A stretch of DNA of 64,000 nt. Origin: Marsupella aquatica (taxonomy: Eukaryota; Plantae; Marchantiophyta). The stretch spans positions 10,541,875 through 10,605,874 of the forward strand of contig OZ316891.1 of NCBI GenBank assembly GCA_973895155.1. Direction: 5' to 3'. A model generated the notes under the pieces. That model did no database searches. It saw nothing but the letters and a program-made list of their open reading frames with translations, and was not told the origin of the DNA. Shown one piece after another: positions 37,881-52,236 of the stretch. Positions within the stretch are counted from its first letter, which is position 1. Every line of letters begins with the position of its first letter. The position numbers were made by a program, and so were the translations under genes.

Positions 37881-40800
37881 GGAAACTAAATGAAAAACAA
37901 ACCCGAGCTAATTCTTGTCATTGGGCACTTCTTTGACTTTATTTTTAGACTGTCAGGTCTTTGTAGCTTTAAGGACTACCAGTAGATTCTAGCCAATGAG
38001 GCCTACAGCTACATAGTGCCCCAACCCCAAACAAGCTAGGGTGCAGCTAGAACTTCCTCCCTTGGTAGCCCATGTCGTCTGCTTTGCAACACACCCTCCA
38101 GCTCTATGAGATCACTTGTGCATCTCAAGCTATGGTCCGTTGCCCACAACCAATATTGATAGCCCCACTAGCCGCCTGTGGAAATGGCACATTGGGACCA
38201 CCCACCTTACAGAGTGTACCAGAAGTTGGAAACTCACTAATATTCCCCATACTCTCTTTGTGCACATCAGACCTCTTGAGATACTCTCCATTCCTTTTCT
38301 TGGCGAGACTAGCAATGGCTCTCAACAGATTGCGACTAATGGCGTGTGAGGATTTTTAGAACATATACTCCTCTCATATATGCTTCTTTGGGACCTATTG
38401 CCCCTTGACCAATTTTTTCCCCATTTTTTGTCCCTCAATCTGTATCTTCTTGGAACCATAATTGTTGGTCCATGGCTCCATTGGCCACACTACATATAGC
38501 ATCGCGTTCAAGTTGACCAAGAGCTCATGATGGTCTACCACTAACCACTCATGATCACCCTTGCTAAGGTATCTTCTTGGACTAAAGGGTATTGCAATGG
38601 GTCCGTGACAGGCTTGGCCTGAAACCGGCTAATGGAAGATCCAACAAAGTTTTTCAAGAAGTGACAAGGACATTTTTTAGAGGTGTCACCCGAGCCTCCC
38701 TACCTTAGACCCGTCATTGGCTGACCACCCTGACTCCAGGACATGCCCAAGACCCAAATAGCTAGTTTGTCCCAAGCGATGTCCCAGGCCCCGGGACCAG
38801 CCCCAGGACCAGCTCATTCCTGACTCTTGCCATCGTCCCCACCGTTCCAACTCAACAGGAATCTTGAGGGCATGATGCACTTGGACCTAAACACCCAATT
38901 TCACTCTAAAATGCCTCCCCAACACAAGCTCCAATAGGAACTGAATGCGGATTGGCTATTGTTTTGCCAAGATTGACAAGTGAGTGAGATTTCCCTTGCA
39001 AGCGCCCGTGCAAGCCGTGAGAACCAAAATCACCCCATGACCCAGCTGATATGAGGAGGAGGTAACCTCTAGAGCTTTCTAATGCATCCAAGAAGTCCAC
39101 GAACGGACTTTACGTTGAGAAGATATTAGAGTTTTTCGTAAATGCGGACCATAAAAACTAAGACACATCATTCAATGACTCACCGTGTAACTCTAAAAAG
39201 TGAGTTACATTAAAAGTAAGGCATGAAAGGCTTTTTAGTCAAAACTCAGAGTGAACTAGGAAAATGAATATTTTCTAGGGCAACAACATGAATCCCTGGT
39301 GTGCTCCGGGCTACGCTTTGAAGCTCAAGCTTGCCTTGATGTTGCGACTTGATGTTGTTGCTACTCGCAAGGTTGCTGTTGCCTGCCCTTGCAATGTTGC
39401 TGCTGCCCTCGCGATGCTATTGGTGCCTGAACTCAAGATGCTGTTGTGTCCCTTGAGATTTTGTTGCTGCTTTTGCAATGTTGTTGAATGATGCTCTGCT
39501 GCTGAATGTCGCTTGACTGCTGCTGGACCTAGCTGTTCAGAGGGTGACGTTGGCTTTGTCACCCCCGACATTTATGTTCCCTTTTTCGCCCTGTCTTTTA
39601 CTCTAGTGTATTTTAGTTCCATTGCCAAAACCGGACTCACCCTGTGCAACGGCTCAACGTTCTTTTCACCCTTTGAACTCACCCTATAATAGAGGATTTA
39701 CGGAAAACTCTACTATTGTGTCTGTCTGATGTCTTCACTTAGTAGCGTGATTGCTATAGTTCACAACTTGGGCTCGCCCCCGGTCCACTAGGAGACACCA
39801 CTCCTCTCATGTACATTTCTGGTGACCTATAACCCACAAACCAACTTTGGTCTGCTATTTTTGGGCCCCCAACCAAGTTGACTAAGCAAGTAGCTAACTT
39901 GCAAGGTCCATAATCTTCTTGTTAGGCGTCTATAGATGAAACACCTTAGCCCGTTGTGATTGGGCTAACTCCGTACTCATGCCCAGATCCTCAAAACTCA
40001 TCGCCCGTCGGTGGTCCCGAGTGGCTCCACCCAAGTCTTTTCGGTTCTCATTCGTAAGCATCCATTTTGCGTGAACTAAACTTCAGTGCACTTAGGCCCA
40101 AGAGGAGCTCTCACTCAAGCGCTTGAATCCAGAGTTTGTTCAGGGGTCCAAATGGTCAGCCTTGAGCCCAACTTCTTTGGCCCGACCAACTTATAATGTC
40201 GATCCAAGTTCCTTGTGCACAACCCTAGCTCAACGTATTGCTTTGCTAGAGTAATGCTTCCTTGCTCTCAAGTTTCCCCATACTTAGTTCCTTTTGGATG
40301 GCCATCCCGACGCCTGGACCATAGAGGAGCTCGGCACTGGAATTAAGTAGTAGACTAGTCTAGTTCCGCGACTCAGAATCACAAAGCAAAGAGGGACAAA
40401 TCACTGCCTCAATGTCAACAAGCAGCTGCAAGACATTTCCAACAATAGAATCATATGCTGACAAGGTAGTAAGTGAGTAGTCAATGCTTGTTTACTGTTG
40501 AGAGCCACTTCAAGAACTGCTAGTTAAGGTGAGTAGATCACTTTCGAAGACCACACATAATGTCAACAGACTTATGATCATATGGATGGAGTCTGAACCA
40601 TGGTTCACCCTTGTCTTCCATATTATATCTATATTTAAAAACCCTGGCATATTTACTAACACAAAACAAACCGTGACAATTTTCTAATACCCACCATCTA
40701 TAGTATCAATGTAGTTAAAAGTTGTCTTATGAATTAATAGTTAATATCTTATACGAGCCCGATGCCTGCGCATTGCACGACACAAGGAGGGCTGTCCCAT

Positions 40801-43800
40801 TGGGAGTTGGGCCAAGGGGCAAGAGGCAGGGGCAAGCGCATTGGGACCAAGGGGAGGGCGAGGCAGGGTGTCAGGGCGAGGCATCACGAGCATTAATGCC
40901 TGTATATGTATATTGCGAGAGGCACGGGCATTGGAGGCCTCGCCAGAGAGAGCAAGTGCTAATCAAACGAATACAAAAATCCTCTAAAATATCTAAAGGC
41001 CAGTTTTGATTCCCACCGATTCTGGATTTAATGATAGGAGAAAGGACAAAAAAAAAACGGGATCCCTTATTATAGTTGTAGATTGGCACTAATATGGAAG
41101 TGTTATTATTAGACAGTGATTTAATGAATGTCAGTTATATAAATTAAACATTTTAATACATACTAGACCAACAAATAGAAAGCCTTAAAAACATTTTTAA
41201 GTGAGATATATTGTAAAATAAGCAATAGAATATGGGCAATGTAATAACAACTATATCTTGCTTTTAATAATCTTTGTATTGCATGGACTATCATATCATC
41301 AGTTATTAATGAAAGGTAAATTATTTTGCAAAGTGATGGCTCTAGACAGACAATGGTGTTGTCTGTCCATCCGTGTGCAACACAAAATGGCAGGCGAGAA
41401 GGAAAAGAACTGGAAAAAGTGAAACTCATACAAATTATTTACCTATGTGGGAAGGTCCATAGACGCACAAGGGAGGGGGCACTCATGAGATGCATGTGGC
41501 TTGCCCGAGTGAAAGCAGGTCCACAAGGAGGTCATGACATACGAGACCCCGCATGCATTCACTCATCTAAGGGGGATCAGTAAGATGTGAGAGGCAGGTT
41601 GCAGAGTGAGATGCAACAAGTTTCAAACCCTCATCTGTGGAGCCACCAAGAATAACAAAATGTGGAACTTAAGTATACATGCAAGTGACAGTTTCTCATA
41701 GATTTCATTAATGGAAGTGGTCTTTGTATAGCTTTGTTAGGCCATACCCCGGGCCATATAAAAGTGACAAGACTTCTGATCCGAGTGAGAGAATGACAAC
41801 AAGTATGATTCAAAGTATGAAAGCATTAGAGAATATCAGCTACATCAATCCAGTACCAAACAAGGGGCCACTTTCACTCTATCTCCATGGGATAATATCT
41901 TCTTTTAACGTAGTGCAGCTCTTTGCTGGCTCAAATATCCGGAATGGACCCTCAGATTTGTCTACAAGATGTCATGAATGCACTCACGTAACATAAGTCT
42001 TAACCACTATCCTATATACATCCATTGTACTACTCAAACTCTCCATATTGAGGTCTAAATTTACCTACTAATACACAGAATTTGTATTTGTATTTTAATT
42101 TAACATTTCATATACAGAATTCAGACAATCAATGTGTAGTGCACACTTTCTTGACTGCACACATCATACTAAATTGAATTATGATAGTAACCGACCATTC
42201 AATTTTCCTTCTCCCCTCCCCTCCCCTAATGTACTTACCTTTATCAAGTCACAGTAACATAAACATTTAATGGATCACAAGAAAAATAGAAAATGAAACA
42301 GGCTCTGCAACATGCTATACATTGTGGTAAAGTGAAGAACCGGTTCAGTCAATTTGTACACTTATTTTACTCCAATAAATGAAGAAAGACAATAATTAAC
42401 AGCAAAGATATCAATGAGTTGTACATCTTATGCCCAAAGTCTCACAGCCAAACACGGATCAAGGTGAAACTTTCCGGTTACAATAATTGCATGTTAAAGT
42501 TTTCTTCATTTGTTGCATATTAAATCCAAGTAAAATTTTGCAGTTGCAAGCTATACTCTGGACCAATTATCTGGAATGAAAGCTCTAAACCCTGACTCCC
42601 GAAAGGCGAAAACTTTTGAGTTAGGAGAGAAGCGAGATCTGAGCAAAGCTGGGGCGGTTAGGCTAGCTGATACAATGTGGGATTTGTTGGGACCAATCAT
42701 CTGACCACAGCCAATGACCCAACTTCCTCAATCCATGGGAAGGCACTGATTTGATAACAAATTTAAATAATCTTTTCAATAGTGTCCGTGGCCCCAAAGT
42801 ACACACGACAATGACTCTCCTGGAGCCTCCCATGGGCACCAATATGATTGTGTAGTAGTTCAAAAACAATGACAATGATGAGGGGTCTGACAGACTGTCC
42901 ATTGAAAGGGGGGAAACCACATTCCAGGTCAAGTTTGGTACAAGCATGTTAACAGGACAAAAGAATTGGAAATCTATGAAAAAGTCCAAACGAGTAGAGG
43001 AACAATATCGTTGTCAGCCTAAACAGTTGACAAAATACTTTTTAAGTACGGCAATGAAGCAAAACTATAACTCCAATAACCTCCAAGTCAATTAGATTGA
43101 TATGCTTGATTGGCCGGACAAGACAATTTTATGAACTTCGTGGTCCCCACTAAGAGACAGACTTTCAGTGCCACCAACACCCATAATTATCCTGGCCTAT
43201 CTTAACTCCAATCTGCTTATTATTATCCTCCTGGCTTTTGCCCTGACCTTGCCAAGCCAAGCCATGCCATGCCATGCCAGATAAGACCTTTTCCTCTTTT
43301 TCTACGCCTGGCCAAGCCAAGGTAGGAGGGCTCCAACTTGAGCTGGATAAATGAGCCTTATTTTTGTAGGCGGATTTTGGGCTATTCTGTACTATTCTGG
43401 AAAGGCTTGGATGTGAGCTACATCGCATACCTTTTGATATTAAAAGTGCTAAAACTACCATGCAATCCATAGGCACAAGCAATTTAAATATAAAAACATA
43501 CCAAACCCCTACAACTTGCCAATTTTACACAAATTCAGTCACAGTGACATACAATCCACAGATACATGAATTCAGTTAGAAAATACCTATATTACACAAA
43601 TACTCTCATAGTTTGAATTTACGAAAACACCTAACATACAACCCATAGAAGCATGCATTTTAAGTAGAGAAATTACCAAATAGTCCAAACAAGTTGCCAA
43701 TTTTACACAAATACCCTCAAAGTTTGAAGTTCACAAAAATATTGTGTGTACATGAATTGGAGGGATCTCTAAGCTATTCCTTGAGGTCAGCTTCCATCAA

Positions 43801-45318
43801 TCCCTTCCAACCTAATTCAGGTCACATTAGACCAGTATTTTTCTGGTCAGATCTTAAATCCGCCACTAGCCATGACAAAACGTAAATCTACCAGATTTCA
43901 CCATTAATAGTGGCCTTTTCATGAAGGCACTGAGAAGATTGGCACTCTAGAGGAAAGGAGTTAGTGGAATGGGGGAGAAAGGGGATGTCTTGAACACTTC
44001 CCCCTTATATATGGCAAGGCAGTTTAAGACAAATATTTGTACATGACAATTATCTGCTATGCAGCAATATGCTTTGTGTAATTTTGTTGCAACTAAATTC
44101 AAAGACCAAAAATACCCCTCCTTACTTCAATTGCAGGGATATCTTCCAGAATTCTTTGAAGTGAGCTTCTATCAGTCCCTTCAAGCCCAAGTCAGGTTAG
44201 ATTAGATCAGCCCATTTCTGGCCAAATCTGAAGAGCAAAATCTGGACATGAAGTTTACAACTCCATACCCGGTAGACATTATAATGGATTGGCCAAAGTA
44301 CCTGAGGCACCCCGCATGATTAGGAGGGTTATTCTTGTCACCAGACAAATTTCAAGGGTACTCTGGTCATTTTGGCAACTTGTAACGGCAGGTTGATAAC
44401 TCCCAAGGAAAGTGAGGCTACACAGCCAAAACGGCTGTCCATATGTGTGCAAGGGAGAAATGCTGGGTCTGAGGGATGAATGTTGGGAAAAACACCCAGA
44501 GCTTAGTCTATGGTCATACCCAGCCGAATGTGATCAAGACACAAAGGAGTCAAGGGACATAGGGTTAAGCTCAGCCATATTTTGGTAGTAAATTTTTTGT
44601 TAATCACTTACCTTAAAAAACTTGCTGGCAAATGATACTGGGTTTAGTTCTCTGCCATTCACCACCAATTGATCCCATTGCGGGGGAGCTTCTGACAGAA
44701 ATTACTGTAAATTGCCAAAAAGTACTTTCCATTTTGCACAAAGCACAAAACGCAGCCAGTTTAGCAAGATGACCTTCTTTTTTATCCCCACCAGACCATG
44801 AGAAATTGAAACTCAGGCTCCAGGCCTGCCAGAAGGTGCCTCCCACAGGCCAAAACTGGCAAATGAGGGTGTGTAATATAGGTCCCCTCCCAGTCTTGTC
44901 AATGTGTCTGCACAGGACCAACCGTCCACTCTCATTCCTACAAACATAGTTTGTCAATGTTCACTCCTCACAACTGGTGGGCATCAGATCCGGGTGAGAT
45001 CCGCCAAAAATGACCACAAACACCAGTGGCCTCACCATGGAGCCCAATCCTTGAGGAGGTTTTTATAAAGAAACTTCTTACTTCACTTCTTTTTCACCAG
45101 ACACTGAGGTGGAACAGAGAGATGGAGCAAAGGGCAGGGTTGGGGGCTTGATGGATGGCAAACTGTGTGTCCAATAATTCTTTTTTCTATCGGGGGTGTG
45201 CATGTGGCAGCCCTCAAGAAAGAGCCCCTTAGGACTAGTGAAACTCTTGGCAAAACACAGATGTGGATTGACAACAAGATCTGTTGCCCTCTAACATCTG
45301 CTTTTGTTTTACTATGAA

Positions 45319-45505
45319 ATCAAAGGTTGGGACCTCAAGAGCCAGAAAGTTTCCTGCCCTCACCCATGGGCCTCCACAAATATTTTAGTCAGGCCTGGCA
45401 AAGGAGTGGGTTCAGGCATGCAACTCTTGCCCACTCACATGCTGGCATATGCGAACTTCATAGTTGCATTCTTCACGAGCCCTGTACATGGGAGTTGGGC
45501 CTCAA
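45319..45505 (+). repeat. Dispersed repeat homologous to 19067-19245
   Basis: Shared tcaaaggttgggacctc...ttcctgccct...tccacaa...tcaggcat...tgcattcttca...gtacatg..agttgggcct. Confidence 0.7.
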
Positions 45506-46376
45506 GCTTTTCCTAGGAGGGACCAGTTTAGATTTTTGGCTCTTTAGTTTTCCTTGGCTTTTACCCTTGTTTTCTCCCCTTACTTGGAAACTAAATCCTG
45601 GATGGACCTGCACTTTGTCTATGTTGCCCATCTTGCTCATGTATAACATTTAAACTGCTTTGGATAAACATTCTTAACACTTTTGACTGAAATGTGACCT
45701 GTAAATGGTCTCGTTAGAGGTTGCAGCCGGTTTCAATCACATTACCCAACCGGTTTTTTCTTGACGACTTGACAACCTTCAACCTGAAAAACATCAAGCC
45801 GTCATGCCACTACTCAGGGTAACCATGACATCCTCACTACTTCCTCCCCAAGGTAGTCAATGTAGTCAGCTGCAATCTGCGACCGGTTCCTTTTTCTTTT
45901 TGCTGTACAAGCAACTTTCGCTTTACCAGGCGGTGGGGATGGGCAGGGACAATGTCTAGGTCCATCCGGCCTTTGTTATCCTTTCTTGGGGTGCATTGCG
46001 GTTTGCTTTGTCAGCCTGATATATTTTAAGGATTTAGATTTGGATTTAGATTTCTAGCATCAATTTGGTGATCCATCTCACTTTATCCACATGTCAGCCC
46101 TAGACCTACAGTAGAACCTTGTCTGGGGGCCCTTCCAACTTCATGACAATTGGTGGACGAGTGTGGCATTGATTGGCCTCAAGAAACGAACAAGGAAAGG
46201 CAATGTCTGTACATTCTATTCTAGTTTGCCCATAATAATAACGCAGGGTTTTGGGGAACCCACAAGCCTCGTGGCTCGTGGAATACTACTACAGTACTTG
46301 TACCCGTGTGATGCCTGAGCAGCAGGGCAGAGGAAGTGGAAGAATTTTCGCTGCCGCCTAGATTGTGGCATCGGTG

Positions 46377-48955
46377 ATGAATCCAGCAGCAATGGCCACA
46401 CTTTCGATTTTGGCCGTGGGCGCGGGCTGCCTGTATGTGGGTTACTACATGGGCAAGCAGCGAGTGATGTTGGCAAAGGGCGTCTCGCAGTTGTCAAATC
46501 CGGGCCGCGATTCGCTCGGCAATCCTCACGAAGTGGAGAAGCTCGCGGAGGTTCATGATGACTTCAAAATGGTACGGAAGATCATGGGACTGAGGTGAAT
46601 GGCATTGCGTTTGGCGGATTGCAGTACTCGATTTTGGCTATGCTCTATCAGAACGGAAAGAACGAAACAAGTGAATTGAAACTAAACGAATGAATTTGAT
46701 AACTATGGGGACCCAGAAGGGCCAGGGGACCATCAATGTACGAAGGTCAAGGCATTCTAGAAGGAGAACAGGGGAGAGAAATTACTGTAAGCAGGCGAGG
46801 ATGTTTCTGTTGCTGTTTGTGGATTTTTACTTCTGTCCCTGTTTCTTCACATCCGACCGTTTCCGATGGAAAATCGATTCTGGAATAGGGTTAGGGTTAC
46901 CCTTTGGCTGGCAAATGTGTGTGCGAGGTTTTTAGACCAGTGGTATATTAAAGCTTCTGAAAGTGTCTTAGAATATGTGGCAGTCCCTGAAGTAAGTGCC
47001 ATCCTTACACACTCCTCAAACTCAAGCCATGGCACCTACCAACCGTGATATTTTTGGAGGAATTTCCTAAACTACGATTTTACTGTTGAATCGACGAATT
47101 CCGGGATTTTCTTTGCTATGCTGCAGGTATTGTTTTGCGGAATTTGTATCATTGGTCAATTTTGTCAGCATCTTGTAAATTGCGACTGTCGGAATGCAGG
47201 TTTTAGTAGTCAGAAATGATTTGAAGATGGGGAAAGGGAAGGTTGCAGCACAATGCAGGTATTTCTCATTCTCGTTCCGTCATTTTGTACAGGGCATAAG
47301 GGTGGCCGGGAGTTGATTCCTTTGAATGTGGCTCTTGGGATCGTACTAGAATGGTATTGAATGTCTAGTTCATGAAAAACTTGAGAGACATGCCAAATGG
47401 ATGCTTTATGGGAAACCTTCGAACCAAATGCATTGCCATGATTGCCCTAATCTTCCTGCCATCTCATACTCTGCAGCCACGCGACTTTGGGATTGTACAA
47501 GAAAATTCTTCATAGAGCCCCGAAAGCACTCACCAGGTATTTTCCGAGTCTCGTCATATGCTCTCAGTTAAAATTATCGGATCTTCTCCTTGCTTCAACA
47601 GTCGTCCAACATGGTCCTTTTCGCTTTTAGATGCTTGTGCAAGATCACACTTCAGAAGTGGTACTTTGAAGGGCTCATTCACTCAGTGTGGGCGCTACGA
47701 CTTGTAGATGGGAGATGTGCGGGCAAGTAAAAGTTGTAACAAAAACGGAGAGTGAAGGAGAAATGCTGGCCTTGCAGGTGTGTTCGGTTCCCATTGTTAT
47801 AATGACAGGTTAAGAAACCACAGGTGTCAATGAGGCAGATTGTGCGTTTTGGCTAGCATATAAAGCAGTTTTGGAATTTGATTTATAACGTCCTGCAGTT
47901 TTAGGATGATATTCCTTTTTTTTTTCATACCGTTGTCCTACCTTGTACCTTGTGGGCCTGACTGTCCATTGTTTACAATGCGTTTGTAAGAGCAGAAGAA
48001 AGCGAAAACTTTGAAGCTTCCCACTCACATTACAATTGATGCTGGACGAACACAAATTGCTGCAAGTGCGTAATGTTTCGCCCCTCTCCGTGAATGCTGT
48101 GGATGATCCTTGACTGGGCCAAGACGTGTCTGACTGACAAGTTCCTTCCATATCAAGTAGACTTTGGTTTTTCAAAACAACTCTGGAGTATGTCCGTGTA
48201 CTAGTTGGGATATTAATCTCTCTACACGTTTGTTTCTCCGCGGAAAGGGGGACGGTGCCCCCCGATCTTTTAGTCAGGGTTGATATACTTTAAATTTCTG
48301 CATCTAAGCAGAAAGCTTATTTAGGGCTGGTGTTAATTTTCTCTAGAGTGAATCCTCCTCTCCTTAAGATCCTGATGAGAGACAAAAAGTGAGGGTTATC
48401 ATGTATAGCTAAGGGTGTGGTTGAACCTACTATGTACGCGAGGTATTCTTTTCGACATGCCCAAGAACAAGCATTTGAAAGGGATAATATGACTTCTGTA
48501 TCTCAAACAGCTTTCTCACCTTGCATGATTCGAGCTGTTTAAATTTAGCTCTAAGCTGAAGGACAAAGCTGTGGCAACTGTATCTGATCCATAAAATGCC
48601 TGTTGTTAGATGAAGAGCTTCATTTGGTCTCAGACTGCCATCGAATTTGACTCTTATCTTTGTGACTCTATGTGCAGATTCCAGAACCGTCCTGGCTGTG
48701 CTAGGTGGGTCCATCTCTCGATCGCCCATTTGGTTTTCTGAGGGGCTCTTAGGTTGTTACGAATGAGTTACAACCTGTGTGTATGACTAGAGTCCTCTGC
48801 AAATGTTTTCCTTCCAGGTCACCATGGAGCCTTTTACGTGTTGCTGTGCCCCAATTGTTGTTCAAAGAATTGTTGCCTAAAGTCTAGCTCCTATTTGTCT
48901 TGCAGGCCCAGTGCATACCGTTGATGAGGTCACCAGTAGCCTGAAGCTGTTGTAA
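46377..48955 (+). CDS. PTH2: Peptidyl-tRNA hydrolase 2, 176 aa; exons 46377-46571, 47200-47258, 47477-47536, 47708-47777, 47996-48065, 48678-48704, 48906-48955
   Basis: N-terminal membrane anchor, then [64 protein letters not shown]. Exons sum to 531 nt, all GT-AG. The start could instead be the ATG at 46392. Confidence 0.94.
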
Positions 48956-50538
48956 ATGGTTACAAATGAATGTCATATTAATGACTACTCACCGCTGGCG
49001 AATTGGAGGGATGCGCCACATCCAGGCCCCAGAGTAGATTTAACTAACGCGTAGTCCGGCACTATGCATCATCTTGACTAGAGAGAATACGATGAAACCA
49101 GCAGCAACAAATTGGGAGGAACAACTTTCAAATAGGCTGCTGATCAATACTACTCAACTCCAGGCTAATGAATTCCTTCAAGGGCTTGGGCAACATTGTC
49201 TCTAGCATGTAACAGTAACTCATTTTTTCGATGCATTGCTATTAGGGTTGCAGCAGATTCGAGACTAAAGTAGAGAGTTTCCAGAAGGCCATGTCAGCGA
49301 AAAGCTAGTTGAGCGATTTTTTAACATTTTGACATAGTTAGAAAAGGGGAGAACTTCTCAAAACCCCATTGCCAGTCGGAATCTTGTCCATGGCCATCGC
49401 ATAACGTGGAAGTGTGGAACACCCTTGCACTAATGTGGATGGCTCGAGACAAAGAGGTGATAGACACAACGTAGAGCCAATTGCTGTAGACCATCAGGAC
49501 TACAGGCTGTTGGCACTAATTGAAGATTACCATTTGCAACTAATGAAGTACTTGTGGATTTTGGACATTCAGTTACGAATCCAATATTAGATCAGTTTGT
49601 GCATTGCAGAATGGATCATATCTTTATCGAGTGGATGTTTAGAGTTGAGTTATCGATCCCAGTTTATATTAATTCAAGACCAAATTGTTCTGTACAAGGT
49701 GCACATTCCGTTTGAACTTATCCATCCAACATCGTCGTTGCTAGCTTTACATACACATTTCATCTAGACTACTGTCAATCTGAGGCCCATGGTCAATCTG
49801 AGGCTCAGTTTTCAGTCTATTTAAGCTACCAGAGGGGCTCATACCCGATTATCCTGGGGATGTCATTCACAACCTTTGCAAACACGATAAATGGACGTGG
49901 CTTTTAATGACGGTTCCTGCAGTACAAAACTCTTCGAGTGACAAAGCGCCTCCCAATCCAACATCCTGGGATTCTGAGATCGTCGATATATTAATTCCAT
50001 ATATCGAAAAAGATCAGTAGCCTGAGTCGCATCTCCACTCACCTGCCCCTAGCGATCACTTCTTTCGATCATTGAATCGAGCAGCCAGTGTCAGGTTTTC
50101 GCACGTTTGGAAAACAGTAGAAACTCTAAAGAGGTTGATCCTGCATCCGTAGCACTGTGCCTCTCCTTGTAATCACTGTGGCATGTGCCTCTCCTTGTAA
50201 GCACTGTGGCATCTCACATAAGCACTTTGAGCAAAGAACCATCGGGGAAAAGGAGACCGAGTACGAATGGTTCATCTAGCCTCCTCTTCAGGTCAATTTG
50301 CCCTATATGTACGTCACTGACGTGACGTGTGAACTTCGTGATCATCTGCATTTGTTTTCGAGACAAACAAAGAATCTAGGACCTGTCAAGATTGCAAGGA
50401 GCATCAGACAGCCCAGGATTCATTCAATTCCCGAGTTAATCAATGTGACGGCAGAGAAGTGGGATGCGAATAACCTTCACACATTTGAACTGTCCTTGTG
50501 AACTTCTCAGATATACCAATTCATCTGTTCAGTTCAGC

Positions 50539-52236
50539 TCAGTCCCAATACTTGATCATCCCATCCCAGCCACAAGTCGCTACTTTGCTTTGTTCCAAGG
50601 GATGCCATTCGGCACCAATGCAAACCCCTTCATGAGCCTTGATTGTGCGAAACACCTTGCAAGTCTTCCAATCCCAGAACCAGCACCTTCCCTCTCCGTC
50701 ACCAGACATAATAAACCTACCATCTGGAGAGAAGTTCACCTGACATGCATATCCAGCTACAATATGCCCTGCAAACCTTTTCTTTTTGTTCAGCCGGAAC
50801 CTCTCTCTCGTGCTGTAGATCAGAATTTGGTTATCTAAACTCTGTGCTGCAAACCAATTGGTATTGGGATGCACTGTGATCGATGGCATTGAGTGCATAT
50901 GAGGTTCACTGATGTACTTGATGACCACAGGAATTCCGAACTCCCACACGCGGAGTGATTTATCATCACTGGAAGTCACGAAACGACGATTGTCGTCAAC
51001 GAAAGTGATTGTGTTCACAGCACCCAGATGCTGATCGTACTCCTGAGTGATATCTCCAGAATTCATATCCCATTGCACAATTTTCTTATCGCTCATGCCA
51101 GCCAGTAATACATTCTGTTTGTCCTCGTCAGGGTTGAACTTGACAACGTAGGGAATTTTCCCGGTGGAGAATGAAGAAACAACTTTCCCAGTTTCCGTAT
51201 CCCAATAATTTATCTTCCTGTCGTAGCTGGCACTCAAGAACTTAGAGCCATCGTTGTTAAAGGCGATATCTCGCACAGCTTTGGAGTGCCCCATGTATGT
51301 TCGCATGCATTTGCCACTGCCATGAACATCCCATATTTTGACCTTGGTGTCCATGCTAGCAGACAAGAGGAGGTGACCATATATGGGGAAAAAACGGATG
51401 GCGGCGACACCTTTCGTGTGCCCACTCCATGTATGAACCCACCTCTTCGGAATATAACAATGGTCATTAGTGGCTTTGTGATCCTTCGGAGGAGCGATCC
51501 AGGACTTACCTTGATAATCGACCTCCTCCTTACCATGGAAAGTGCTCTTGGCCTCAATCTCCTCGACTTTCTTACCCCTGTCCTTCTCGCCCTTCTTGTT
51601 GGCATGTTCCTCAGAATACTTCTTTTGCTCTTCCGTGAGCTCCTCTTCCATATCATCTTTCTCTCCTCTTGCCCAAGGACTCTTCGAGTTTTTCAGAAGC
51701 CATTTCTCTGACGCTGGGTTGTGAACCTCTTCGTCTGCCTGTTCTTCAGTTGTGAGCCCTTTCTCCACTTTAGTTTCTTTCTTCCTCTTCCTATGTTCGG
51801 TCTGGGGAAGATTGTACACCGAGGCACCGTTGAGCTGTTTCACAGCCTCTAGGTCTCCTACCACATTACTCCCAGTTCGAGTAGCAGGATCTGCGGCGTA
51901 ACCGTAAGTATGGAACGTGTTATACTGCTCATCGAAGACAAAAGGAGCGATAGAAGCATCCTCTACAAACCCTAGTTTATGATTTCGGAGACCCTGCGCA
52001 ATTCCATCCTTGACGAAAGGGTGGGCAGGGCCAACAATGGGGGCCCACAATTGATCATAAGTTGGATTGTAGTTCACAGAATGTTGGGAGGGGGCAATGG
52101 GATTCCTTTCCTCCCCTTTCCTTGCCACCGCCAACATGTCATCAGCCACCTCAGGAGCAGCTGAAACCCTGGGAAGCATGAGGCGCACAGGGGATCCTTC
52201 TGGGGAGGACGCTGGACGAGGAGAACTTATCTCCAT
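50539..52236 (-). CDS. PRP17: Pre-mRNA-processing factor 17 (PRP17/CDC40), WD40 protein, intronless CDS
   Basis: 565-aa ORF with [68 protein letters not shown], and C-terminal [13 protein letters not shown]. Confidence 0.96.
   Translation of the reverse strand: MEISSPRPASSPEGSPVRLMLPRVSAAPEVADDMLAVARKGEERNPIAPSQHSVNYNPTYDQLWAPIVGPAHPFVKDGIAQGLRNHKLGFVEDASIAPFVFDEQYNTFHTYGYAADPATRTGSNVVGDLEAVKQLNGASVYNLPQTEHRKRKKETKVEKGLTTEEQADEEVHNPASEKWLLKNSKSPWARGEKDDMEEELTEEQKKYSEEHANKKGEKDRGKKVEEIEAKSTFHGKEEVDYQGKSWIAPPKDHKATNDHCYIPKRWVHTWSGHTKGVAAIRFFPIYGHLLLSASMDTKVKIWDVHGSGKCMRTYMGHSKAVRDIAFNNDGSKFLSASYDRKINYWDTETGKVVSSFSTGKIPYVVKFNPDEDKQNVLLAGMSDKKIVQWDMNSGDITQEYDQHLGAVNTITFVDDNRRFVTSSDDKSLRVWEFGIPVVIKYISEPHMHSMPSITVHPNTNWFAAQSLDNQILIYSTRERFRLNKKKRFAGHIVAGYACQVNFSPDGRFIMSGDGEGRCWFWDWKTCKVFRTIKAHEGVCIGAEWHPLEQSKVATCGWDGMIKYWD

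Noticed and set aside
37900-40600. Numerous short ORFs (60-110 aa)
   Set aside because: No recognisable motifs or consistent exon chain; probably decayed TE or intergenic sequence.
40628-41170. Helitron (A|TCTATATTTAAA 5'-like start; GC-rich motif near 40755)
   Set aside because: No matching hairpin plus CTRR|T 3' end could be identified.
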